Shown here: positions 43,901 to 53,171 of the stretch, piece after piece | How positions within the stretch are numbered: the first letter of the stretch is position 1 | How the letters are laid out: each line of letters opens with the position of its first letter | DNA from: a virus | IMG/VR virus record: IMGVR_UViG_3300028392_000054 | Span: 1 to 64,000 of that record | Length of the DNA stretch: 64,000 bases | Direction: 5' to 3' (one strand) | Notes under the pieces: model-generated | Seen by the model: only the letters and a program-made list of their open reading frames with translations | Databases searched by the model: none | What the model was told of the DNA's origin: nothing | Position numbers and translations under genes: made by a program

Positions 43901-46561
43901 TCAAGTAGCGGTAGTACCAATAAATACCGCGTAAGTAGACCCTAGAGGTAGGTAGTCAGCTAGTACAGCGTTTAAACGATTTTGAGTTAAGAATTTGTTA
44001 GGGTAATAAAGGCTTCTACCAGTGCTTGCTGTACCTTTAGTACCGGCAGCATTTTGCTCCCAAACTAAATCATCCGTGTTATTGTACCCAGTACCGCCAT
44101 CGAAATAGGCATTTACAGTAGCACTTGATTCAAACAAAATAGAATCTACATAGTAAATATGAGTGCTAGCTCCAGTAAAAGTTAATGTAATTGTTGCTGT
44201 TGCAGCAGTTGCTGGGGAAATCATTTGTGTAGAACCTGAGATAGGAGTTAACGACAAACGGCTAAAAGTAGCGGTAGGTAAAGTTAAGGCGGCTGAGGTA
44301 TCGGTTTGTAAAGTAGTACCGCCAGAATCTTTCCAAATAACGCTTACAGTAACAGTATCTGCGTTTGAACCTTTTACATAAGCACTAAACGAATATTGTG
44401 TATTTGCAGATATTGCAATAGTACTACTTGGGGTTAATGTAGTAGATGCAGCATTTGCGGTAAGTTTAGCCGACTTTGTGCTATTTGCAGTACCTAAGCC
44501 GATTGAACTAGTTGGATACACATTTCCAGCCGTAGCATCTGTTGCAAAAGCGCTAGTACCAGTAGTAGACCAGTTAGTAGTAGCAAGCTCAAATCCAGGG
44601 TTAATAACCTGGTTAATTCTAGGAGCGTTTAAATAAAGGTCCACGCGTCTAGGATCAGAATATTTTGTAGCAAATGGGGAAGCTTCAAATTGGAAAGCAT
44701 CAAAGTAATATTTATCACCTACCGTAATTAAATTAGCTATACCTATAGTTGTAGTGTTGTAAATCTGTATAAAAGGAACACCATAGGCAGCATAAGTAGG
44801 GGCTGTATTAGTGTATGATTTGTTAGTCCAAATATTTGCATCAATATCGTAAATTGCTGTACTACTACCTAACGCGGTAGAGATGAATGATCCGTATTGG
44901 TCATACCATTTAATTCCGGGACCAATTTCACGTCCGGTTGGAAAATAACCGTAAAAAGAAAATTTATAACTTGTTCCACCGGTTACTGGGATTCCATAAA
45001 GAACTGGGTTATATGAGTTAATTGTTCCAGAACCGCTTGTTGGAGAAACTGTAATTGGACCGCCAGAAACACCAGCGGCTGCAATTGCTGAGTTATAGAA
45101 AGTAAAAGAAGTAGGGCTAGGAACGCTAATTATTTTAATTATGCCGTTTATATAATTCGGGGTCATGCCTTGAAGAACTATAGATTGTCCAACAGAAAAA
45201 CCATGTTCAGCAGTAGTAGTAAGCGTAACAAAACCATAACCATCCACAGCATTAGTGGTTGTAGTTGCCGTTATGCTAAAACTATCTGTAGATATTCCAT
45301 ATGATAACTCCCATGCTGATTGGCCAGCTGTTGAAGTTATAGTAGCTTTTAAATAACCAAGACGACTATTTGCATAACCAGTAGGGGAGTTAGACTCAGA
45401 GTAAGCTGCTGGGCTTCCTCCTTCTAACGCTGGGGTAGTATTTACGGCCGTCATAGCGTTTCCGCTAGTACCCCAATATCCATCAGATGTCTCAAAAGAA
45501 GCACAATCAAGTGTCAAAAATAAGTTTTTAAAAGGGTTAATAGTCGCCGGGTAACCGGTAAATGAAGTAACAAATTGTTTTACGCCTTGGCCAGTTCCTT
45601 TATTAAGGTAGATATAATCAGCGTTATTAAGCATCCTTCTGCTTTGTTGTATGCCCAATCCGCTTTCATATGAAAAGCCCATTTGGTCCATAAGAGCTGG
45701 CAATAACTTGCCGTCTAAATTATTTACATCGTATCTATTTTTAGCGTTCTCTACTTTTGTTTTAATGAGGTCATACTGAACACCAATAACTCTTAATAAG
45801 TTATATAAGTCATTATTTTTATTAGAGCTAGTTGAGGAAGATAAATAAACTTGAGGCAAGGAGTTATACATTACATTAGCGGTATTATAGTCCTTAATAG
45901 ATGTGCCCATGGCAGTTCCAACACGTTGCCAATAACTATTTGTGTAAACAAACGCGGAATAGTAATAGGACTTACCTGGAGTTAAGAACGTTGGAGAAAA
46001 TGTTAAAGTAGTGCCGTCTGGAATATAAGCAGGTTTGCTTAAAGTTAAGGTAGTTCCGTTAATTGCAGCTACAGTAGTGTTTCCTACAACTCCACTACCT
46101 GAGTTGGGGCCGGTTAAATAAATCGTTGGGGTATAAGTAACTAGTTGACCAACTTTAATGTTTGCGTTAGCCGCAGTAAGAGTTACGTAAATGCTAGCGT
46201 CTACTGTGCCCGTAGTGATAGAAGTATAAGTAGTAGTTGCAGAGCCGGTAATAGGATCGTAAAAAGAACCTGTATCTGTAAGCGTACCAGTAGTTCCTAA
46301 AAGGCTTGATAATTCAGATGTAGTAGCTTTATAAATTACATTTCCACCATCAGGCGTAATAGGAAAACCAACTGCGCTTCTTACTATTAAAAACGTTGTT
46401 CCAGATACAGGAAAAGTGCTTGTATTATTTGGATACACCCAAGACAGTTTAATAGTTCCATAGTCTAAAGACTGTGTAGTAAACGGGTATGCGCTTATAT
46501 CGGTAGTGGCTCCAATACCATACCTAAAAACCCCATATACTTTAGAACCATAAGTTGTCAT
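43901..46561 (-). CDS. Baseplate wedge/tail protein with carbohydrate-binding-like domains
   Basis: Tail protein I-like core (LLPALMDQMG, YLNKGTGQG); NPGFE..W CBM-like repeats; Thr-rich. Confidence 0.75.
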   Translation of the reverse strand: MTTYGSKVYGVFRYGIGATTDISAYPFTTQSLDYGTIKLSWVYPNNTSTFPVSGTTFLIVRSAVGFPITPDGGNVIYKATTSELSSLLGTTGTLTDTGSFYDPITGSATTTYTSITTGTVDASIYVTLTAANANIKVGQLVTYTPTIYLTGPNSGSGVVGNTTVAAINGTTLTLSKPAYIPDGTTLTFSPTFLTPGKSYYYSAFVYTNSYWQRVGTAMGTSIKDYNTANVMYNSLPQVYLSSSTSSNKNNDLYNLLRVIGVQYDLIKTKVENAKNRYDVNNLDGKLLPALMDQMGFSYESGLGIQQSRRMLNNADYIYLNKGTGQGVKQFVTSFTGYPATINPFKNLFLTLDCASFETSDGYWGTSGNAMTAVNTTPALEGGSPAAYSESNSPTGYANSRLGYLKATITSTAGQSAWELSYGISTDSFSITATTTTNAVDGYGFVTLTTTAEHGFSVGQSIVLQGMTPNYINGIIKIISVPSPTSFTFYNSAIAAAGVSGGPITVSPTSGSGTINSYNPVLYGIPVTGGTSYKFSFYGYFPTGREIGPGIKWYDQYGSFISTALGSSTAIYDIDANIWTNKSYTNTAPTYAAYGVPFIQIYNTTTIGIANLITVGDKYYFDAFQFEASPFATKYSDPRRVDLYLNAPRINQVINPGFELATTNWSTTGTSAFATDATAGNVYPTSSIGLGTANSTKSAKLTANAASTTLTPSSTIAISANTQYSFSAYVKGSNADTVTVSVIWKDSGGTTLQTDTSAALTLPTATFSRLSLTPISGSTQMISPATAATATITLTFTGASTHIYYVDSILFESSATVNAYFDGGTGYNNTDDLVWEQNAAGTKGTASTGRSLYYPNKFLTQNRLNAVLADYLPLGSTYAVFIGTTAT

Positions 46562-46571
46562 TATTTACCTA

Positions 46572-47276
46572 TTACTTAACGCCGTAGATATAATATGTCG
46601 ATGTAGTAGGAGCAGTGGCGTGAGAAAAAGTAATGTTTGTAATTGCTCCAGTAATTGTTCCACCAGAAATATATGAACCAGCTCCCCAACCAAGTGCGTT
46701 TGTCCAGTTAATTGGTTTAGTACCTGATGCGGATGCGTTATAAATTTCTGCTTGCAATGCGTCACCGCTAGCAGGGGCAGCATTATTAGTTATTGGAAGA
46801 CCAGTAGTAGCAGCATTATCTCCTACAACAGTTGGAGAAGCGGCATAGTTAAACCTACCAAATTTTTGTAAAGTAGAGCTATTAACGTTCATATCAACTT
46901 TGCTTCCAGAAGTCATGTTTTGGAAATAAATAATTACAACTACTTTATTATATCCCGTAGTAGTGATTGAAACTGAAGTTGAGGTGCTAGCTAGAGAACC
47001 AGTAGCAAGTTGTGTATATCCGACACGTGTACCGTTAGTACCATCACCTGTAAGTCCGGCTTCTAAGTTATTTAATCTAGCTGCTACAGTAGTGTTTGTT
47101 CCGGATGCGTTATACGTACCACCAGTTGCAATTATAGAAGTCCTTGGAGTAGTACCGAGCTCGCCTTCAATTGCCTGGATTTCTCCTTGAACGCTGTTCA
47201 TATCAGCAGCTAATACTGTGTCAACACCATCTACTTTATTAGTATAGGTTTTTAACGAAGCTGGATAAGTTGCCAT
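46572..47276 (-). CDS. Minor tail/fibre-associated protein
   Basis: MATYPASL..DGVDTVLAADMNSVQGEI..IE..LG N-terminus; YIYGVK C-terminus. Confidence 0.7.
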   Translation of the reverse strand: MATYPASLKTYTNKVDGVDTVLAADMNSVQGEIQAIEGELGTTPRTSIIATGGTYNASGTNTTVAARLNNLEAGLTGDGTNGTRVGYTQLATGSLASTSTSVSITTTGYNKVVVIIYFQNMTSGSKVDMNVNSSTLQKFGRFNYAASPTVVGDNAATTGLPITNNAAPASGDALQAEIYNASASGTKPINWTNALGWGAGSYISGGTITGAITNITFSHATAPTTSTYYIYGVK

Positions 47277-47290
47277 TTATTTATTCTCCT

Positions 47291-49531
47291 TTATTGAAGT
47301 CCGCCAGTAGCGGCAATAGTGAATGTACCTTTAATAGGAATTTCATTAGCGGCACAAACAATTCCAGATGTAACAACTCCATTTAAAGTAGTTGAATCTA
47401 CCGCTGTTACAGAAGCTAAGTTTAAGTATGTGCTAGGCGGCCAGCTAAACGAAAGGGCTGTACCGCTTGCTGTAACAGAACCAATAATTACTGAAATAGT
47501 AATTGAGGCTGCACTTACTAATGTAACTATAGCTGGGTTATACGATTCAGTAGGTAAGTTAGTTCCAGTAACATACATACCTGCAACAATTCCTTTAGCA
47601 GCTGGAGTTGCAATAGGAATGGTGTAAGCTCCAGGAACCGTCACAGCTGATGATGTGACACCCGTAGGTGTTGCTGTACCCGCAGGTACTGTAATTGTTA
47701 CTGAGTTAGTAGTAACAGAGTTTACAGCGTATGTGCCGTCAAAAGTAGCTACGCCAGAAACTGTTATTATTTGTCCAGCGGTAATGTTGTGGTTATTTGG
47801 AAAAAATAATGTGGCAGTACCAGCAGTACGAGTATAGTAATAAACCCAATAGCGTTGTTCATTAGAGTTTTTACGTAAATGCTCAACAGTGGCATAATCA
47901 ACACCGTCAATATTTGTAATAGAATTTAAAACAAAATGTGGCGGAACCCTATCGGCAAAGAATGAGTTATTGTAAGAAACTAAACTAGATAAAGCATTTT
48001 GAACCTGAGTTACCACCGATGCTTGACTGTATTGTGGAAGCACATGCAAAGTCATATTAAGGTTAACAGGAACATATGTAGGAGGCAATACAGATAAGCT
48101 AACGTTAGGTGCAACTTTATCTGTAAAATAATTAACTACATCTGTTTTAAGTGTGGTAAAAGCACTGGTGTTACTACCAGTAGCAGTAACTACAGCATTA
48201 GGGCCAGCAGCAATTGCTGCTTTATTAGGAAGCGTAGTAATTCCAGAAGGTTTAGCTACAGTAAATTTTGTATTGTCTGCATATGTAACCATGGTAGGGG
48301 TGACTATATCATAAGTAACCCAGGTACATCCTGTAACTGTTACATAACTTTGATTGGTAACAAGGCTTGTAGTTGCAACAGTATAAGTAAGATATCCGGT
48401 ACCAGCAGTGCTATCGCTAGCCGTTTCAGCTACAGCAGTAATATTAGTAAATGGACCATAAGTATTTATGGCACTGCTACTAAAAGGTGCAATGTATAAA
48501 TTAACGTTAGACCAAACAGATGCGTCTGCGTTAGCTTTAGATATCCCAGATACTTGAAGAGCCAGATAACCGTAGTCTTTTAAAGATACCGCACGGCGTA
48601 GGGTTCTCAATGCCCTAGGTGCATTAACTCTAATAGAGTCAGTAGACTCAAGGTCTGCGCCACCAGTACCGGCATTAAGTTGAGTAACAGTTACATTGTA
48701 GCTACCAGTGAGAGTTTTTTGGGCTAAAGAACCTAAAGCAATGTTTCCAGCTGAGCCGACTCCGGTACGATAGGTAGCTGTAATTGTGTAAGTTGCAGGT
48801 GGGATACGACCACCAACTCCGTCACCAAATACAATATAGGTATAGCCATCTGCATCCATGTTTGTTGTAAAGGATGAATCGTAAGGGTTATTGTCTACAA
48901 GAGCAGAGCTGTATGTATATGGAACACCACCAACTTTTACGGTAATGTTGCTTCCAGTGCTGTTAATTACAACACCGGCTTGAGAAATTTTAAATACTTG
49001 ACTTGGTGTTCCATTAGAGGTTCCAAGTGATTCGTCAGTAGTTGTGATACCTTGAGTAGCGGTTGTATTGACCGTAACACCAAATGCTACAGACACATCA
49101 GAGTCAAGCTCAAATACTACTTGAGTGCTTTGCCCATTAACATTAGTTGTAGAAGCAACTTGAGTACCAGCTGGAATTGTTAAAGTTCCGCTAGCGTTAT
49201 TGTTTTTAATGGATAAAGATACTGTAGCTGCGCTGCTTGGGGTAGGAGTATAGCCAAGCATGTTAGCTATTTGCAGAACGCTAGCACGCTGGCTAGCGGT
49301 ACCTAAAAACCCTTCAGAAGCCATACGGTCAGTGTAAAAGCTAAGAATGTCACCAAGGTAAGCAAAGGTTTCAAGAAGGGCTACGCCAATGTCGGTCGGA
49401 TCGCTAACAGCCCAGGTAGGGTTGAATTGCTTAGCGATAGCAGTTAAGTCCGTTAAAATTGCTGTATAGTCACGTGAGACGTAGTCAATTTGCGGAATAT
49501 AGTTTTTAGTAACGCTAACGTTAGTAGCCAT
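47291..49531 (-). CDS. Baseplate J / T4 gp6-like wedge protein
   Basis: IDYVSRDY, LGYTP, FGDGVGGRIP, GGADLES, RAVSLKDY. Confidence 0.9.
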   Translation of the reverse strand: MATNVSVTKNYIPQIDYVSRDYTAILTDLTAIAKQFNPTWAVSDPTDIGVALLETFAYLGDILSFYTDRMASEGFLGTASQRASVLQIANMLGYTPTPSSAATVSLSIKNNNASGTLTIPAGTQVASTTNVNGQSTQVVFELDSDVSVAFGVTVNTTATQGITTTDESLGTSNGTPSQVFKISQAGVVINSTGSNITVKVGGVPYTYSSALVDNNPYDSSFTTNMDADGYTYIVFGDGVGGRIPPATYTITATYRTGVGSAGNIALGSLAQKTLTGSYNVTVTQLNAGTGGADLESTDSIRVNAPRALRTLRRAVSLKDYGYLALQVSGISKANADASVWSNVNLYIAPFSSSAINTYGPFTNITAVAETASDSTAGTGYLTYTVATTSLVTNQSYVTVTGCTWVTYDIVTPTMVTYADNTKFTVAKPSGITTLPNKAAIAAGPNAVVTATGSNTSAFTTLKTDVVNYFTDKVAPNVSLSVLPPTYVPVNLNMTLHVLPQYSQASVVTQVQNALSSLVSYNNSFFADRVPPHFVLNSITNIDGVDYATVEHLRKNSNEQRYWVYYYTRTAGTATLFFPNNHNITAGQIITVSGVATFDGTYAVNSVTTNSVTITVPAGTATPTGVTSSAVTVPGAYTIPIATPAAKGIVAGMYVTGTNLPTESYNPAIVTLVSAASITISVIIGSVTASGTALSFSWPPSTYLNLASVTAVDSTTLNGVVTSGIVCAANEIPIKGTFTIAATGGLQ

Positions 49532-49950
49532 TAGTTAATCTCCTGAAGCAAGTCACCAGAACGGTTGAATATTCCAGTATTAATTGTAACACTATCTGCC
49601 TCTCCGTTGGGCAGTCCATAGGTAATACTTACGGTTAAAGTGCCTGTAGCTGGGTCAAATAACGGACTAATTTGACGCAATTCAAGGTTTGGCAACCAAG
49701 CGGTAAAAGTTTGAGTAATGCTGTCTTTGGCTATTTGACCAGCCGTAGCTTCTGGTTCAAATACAACAGTATGCAAATTACTACCAAAATCAGGGCGCAT
49801 TAAGCGTTCTCCTGGCCTAGTTCCTAATACTAACAACACTCGTTGCTGCCATATTTTCTTAGGGTCGGTAGTAGCTGCAACCGTATTAATATAAGTGCCA
49901 GCAATGTTTTTGCTTAAAGAAAATGGGTAATTTATTACATTAATTGCCAT
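49531..49950 (-). CDS. gp25/GPW-like baseplate protein
   Basis: LGTRPGERLMRPDFGS..VFEP; start at MAIN. Confidence 0.9.
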   Translation of the reverse strand: MAINVINYPFSLSKNIAGTYINTVAATTDPKKIWQQRVLLVLGTRPGERLMRPDFGSNLHTVVFEPEATAGQIAKDSITQTFTAWLPNLELRQISPLFDPATGTLTVSITYGLPNGEADSVTINTGIFNRSGDLLQEIN

Positions 49951-50180
49951 TAGAATGTTCCTAACCATAATGGGAAATCGGGGTCTCCGCCTTCAAACAT
50001 AATCCAACATAAATTTTCAGACACTACAGTATCATTTTTTCTAATAGGCCAAGCCCAATTAGTAACTTCAGTACCAAAAACTTGTGGGACTCTTACAGTA
50101 ATTCTGCCTAGGTTTTCAGGGTCATTAGTAGCTACTACTATGCCGCGATAAATTCCTTGGTATTTAATATCAGATTGCAT
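49950..50180 (-). CDS. gp5/VgrG-type OB-fold spike protein (76 aa)
   Basis: YRGIVV..NDPENLGRITVRVP...WAWP...FEGGDPDFPLWLG. Confidence 0.88.
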   Translation of the reverse strand: MQSDIKYQGIYRGIVVATNDPENLGRITVRVPQVFGTEVTNWAWPIRKNDTVVSENLCWIMFEGGDPDFPLWLGTF

Positions 50181-51480
50181 TAGACCTCAATTTTGCCCAT
50201 ACAGCTTCGGGCATACGTTCATCTACTATTTTATAATTTAAATCACGGTGAGTGGAGCCCCAACGAGAAGTGGCCACAAAAGGTCCGGTCTGAGCAGCTC
50301 GGTTAATTCTATTTACAAGCTCCGTTTGCTGATAACGTTTAGTAGTAATTGTAGGCAGATTTATAATTGTTTTAGGTTTAACGTTAGTATTTCTTTGATT
50401 TGGGATAAGTCTTCTTGTTGGGTTGACAGAAGGTACTTCAGGTATTCTAATGTCAGATGCCCTACCAAGAGAGTCAGATGCTACCATTAACTCACAAGTA
50501 TACATTTGCTGGTTTAAGTTATCTTCAACAACTTCATGGGTAACACTAAGTACTGTCCAATAGCCAGAGTATTCTGCGCCAACATTTTTAAGGTATACAG
50601 GTAAACATGGGCGCATAGAAGACACACCAATTGTCTGCACTTTAGCGGCGTAAGGAAATCTGCTGTACTCATCAGAAGCTTTTGCTAATTGATTAGCTGT
50701 CTGATAATCATTAGCCACTACACCCGTAGCATGGTCATCAAAAAACTCTTGATTAGAAAATTGGCGACTAGGGTTAAATGAAGTTTGCGTAGTTATCTTA
50801 AATTCTTGACCAGTAACAGGGTTTACACCCGCTACTGAAGTTGCAGCTTTTTTAAACCCAAACTGTCTTAAAGTTTCGCTAATAACAGTTTTAAATGAGT
50901 AAATAGGATTTGTAGGTTTAAACCCACCATCAGCTTTTTGAAAACTTACAGCTTCTGTAATAAGATTAGTAAAGTCCTCAGTAAGTGGTTGAAAATAAAT
51001 TTCAGTGTTTTCAGCTCTTAAAAAGTAACCAGACTGTTTAGCAAGGCGAACCATAAATTCCCAGTCAGTCATTCCAGCTTGAGCTAGTTGGTCATAGATA
51101 CGTGGGTGTGGCGTAACCTTATATGCAAAATTATATTTCTTAGCTATTTCAGCAACTATTTGATCGGCAGACATGTTTTGATAAATTTTTTGGCTAGCCT
51201 GTTTCATAACATATGATGCGCCAATAAAACCTACTTTTGTAAAGCTTTTAGTAGCAGACTGATTGCCTTGTAAATCATGCACATAACCGTGATAGTCTTT
51301 ATCTTTAATGGTAAGTATCATCAAAGAACCAGGTTTAATGTTTAACGGGTCTAAGTTCCAGTCTCTAAATTCAACAGTTGCGTAGTCATGAGCAAAAATT
51401 TCTTGAGTAAGGCTCACTCTATACACCCTTTTAGGTTGTATAGCACTAGTTGGAAAGTTAACGGTAACGTAATTAGACAC
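50170..51480 (-). CDS. Baseplate hub (gpD/gp27-like)
   Basis: QAGMTDWEFMVRLA; YSGYWTVLSVTH. Confidence 0.8.
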   Translation of the reverse strand: MSNYVTVNFPTSAIQPKRVYRVSLTQEIFAHDYATVEFRDWNLDPLNIKPGSLMILTIKDKDYHGYVHDLQGNQSATKSFTKVGFIGASYVMKQASQKIYQNMSADQIVAEIAKKYNFAYKVTPHPRIYDQLAQAGMTDWEFMVRLAKQSGYFLRAENTEIYFQPLTEDFTNLITEAVSFQKADGGFKPTNPIYSFKTVISETLRQFGFKKAATSVAGVNPVTGQEFKITTQTSFNPSRQFSNQEFFDDHATGVVANDYQTANQLAKASDEYSRFPYAAKVQTIGVSSMRPCLPVYLKNVGAEYSGYWTVLSVTHEVVEDNLNQQMYTCELMVASDSLGRASDIRIPEVPSVNPTRRLIPNQRNTNVKPKTIINLPTITTKRYQQTELVNRINRAAQTGPFVATSRWGSTHRDLNYKIVDERMPEAVWAKLRSNAI

Positions 51481-51757
51481 GTGGAATCCTAATGTTTGTG
51501 CCAGCAGGTACGTTTAACCAGTCTGAAATCTTAGGGTTAAACTCAGCAATAATCCACCAACGAGTAGGAAACAAGAAAAACTTAGTGGCTAAGTTATCCA
51601 AGCGGTCACCGTTTTTCCATTCGTAATCAATATAGTTCAGTGCACCAAATTCGCTAAAATCATAGAATAAGACTGGCGCGTTTTCACCAGTAGGTTTTGT
51701 AGCAAAGTAATCTACTGTAGAGTCATAGTATCTTGAATCATTAGATGGTGCTGCCAT
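51473..51757 (-). CDS. LysM/gpX-like baseplate protein
   Basis: GDRLDNLATKF..P.RWWIIAEFNP...VPAGTNIRIP; true start MAAPSND. Confidence 0.85.
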   Translation of the reverse strand: MAAPSNDSRYYDSTVDYFATKPTGENAPVLFYDFSEFGALNYIDYEWKNGDRLDNLATKFFLFPTRWWIIAEFNPKISDWLNVPAGTNIRIPRV

Positions 51758-51758
51758 T

Positions 51759-53171
51759 TTAAAGTCCTCCTCCGCCGCCGCCGCCGCTACCGCCGCCAGA
51801 ATAACCTTGGCCTCCAGAACCACCAGTATTGCTAATATCACTGCTAATACCAGCACTAGCGGTAGTAAGACCAGCAGTAGCCAATAGATTAAACGCAACT
51901 TGCACTGTACTTTGAATTGGAATCATATCTTGAGTAAACATAGTATGTGTAACAGCCATGTTAGTTACATAACCTAAATAAGATAATGGACCTATATCAA
52001 TATTTAATAGTGTAGGCATTAAGAAACCAATGTCAGCAGTAATTATACCACGGCCATTCTTCCAGTAATCTCCTCCAGCTGCGGTGCTTCCAGGACCTGG
52101 GCCATTGATAGCAGTATATAGATATTCAATATCCGCTAAAGTTCCACGTTGAAATAAATCAACAAGCTTTTTTTCAACAGTTTTTAAACGCCCATTTCTA
52201 AGCAAAGATGCAGTAAAACTTCCATTGTTTGAGTAGTAAGGAACAAAATTAGCCACATCAGCTTCTGTAATAAAGTTATTAGTTCCAGGATTACCTAGCG
52301 CACTACCAATATTACTAGGGCGTTTAAATAAAGCGTTTGCACAAGCAAAGTCATTTATACGATTAACTTCAATAGTAAATGATATAGATTCAGTAGCAGG
52401 AAACGCACCTACTTGACCTAGGAAACGGTCATTAACGTTTGGCGTAGCATCCATTTGAACAGATACGCTTGTACCAAAACTTGTAGGGTTCCACAAAAAC
52501 TGAAAGCCATATTTACGGTCAGCATTATCAATTTTTGTAGTTTTACCGTTGCCATCGATAGTGCTCAAAGAATTGTCTGTGGCTCTCCACCAAATACGGC
52601 CTCTGCGATAGCGGTCATCTGAAGCAGGCTTGTGGTTTTCAGGAGGCATGTTATTAGGGTCTGAGCTAGCAAATCTAGGCATACTCCATTTGTGTGGCGG
52701 CAAGTTCCACTGGTATTCCCCAGGATTTGCTGGAGCTACAGGAACCTTAACGTTAAACTTATTGTCAGAGGTAGCATTTACTTTTTGGTCAAATCTAGGG
52801 ATTACTTTTGTAATATCTCCATAAGTTATAGAAGGAGTAATTGACCCATTACCTTTAGTAAGTTTAATAGGCGAACCAATAGTTTGAATAGATGTTCCAT
52901 CTTTAGTAGATAAGCCAGGAGTGACTGAATCAAAAAAGAATTTGCCAGATGCGTTTGGCACAGTCGGAACATACTTATAACTTTTCTTTAATGAAGTAGT
53001 AATTCCAGGGCTAACTTCATAATTAACTGACGCTGGCAAAGTTGTAGAGGTATCCCCTACAACATAAGATGAGCTATCTACATATACGTTTACAATAGTG
53101 TTATTAGCATTAGTGCTTGTAATGTAGCCCATAGACCTTGCGCTTGCTGAGCTGCTAGTATTTCCCGCCAT
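51759..53171 (-). CDS. Tail tube initiator / CIS tube-like protein
   Basis: FQFLWNPTSF; GYVTNMAVTHTMFTQDMIPI; position after tape measure. Confidence 0.7.
   Translation of the reverse strand: MAGNTSSSASARSMGYITSTNANNTIVNVYVDSSSYVVGDTSTTLPASVNYEVSPGITTSLKKSYKYVPTVPNASGKFFFDSVTPGLSTKDGTSIQTIGSPIKLTKGNGSITPSITYGDITKVIPRFDQKVNATSDNKFNVKVPVAPANPGEYQWNLPPHKWSMPRFASSDPNNMPPENHKPASDDRYRRGRIWWRATDNSLSTIDGNGKTTKIDNADRKYGFQFLWNPTSFGTSVSVQMDATPNVNDRFLGQVGAFPATESISFTIEVNRINDFACANALFKRPSNIGSALGNPGTNNFITEADVANFVPYYSNNGSFTASLLRNGRLKTVEKKLVDLFQRGTLADIEYLYTAINGPGPGSTAAGGDYWKNGRGIITADIGFLMPTLLNIDIGPLSYLGYVTNMAVTHTMFTQDMIPIQSTVQVAFNLLATAGLTTASAGISSDISNTGGSGGQGYSGGGSGGGGGGGL

Noticed and set aside
51758-51898. 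Hydrophobic N-terminal extension of the LysM-like ORF
   Set aside because: Off-frame reading of the Gly/Ser-rich end of the upstream gene; the true start is MAAPSND at 51757 after GGAGG.
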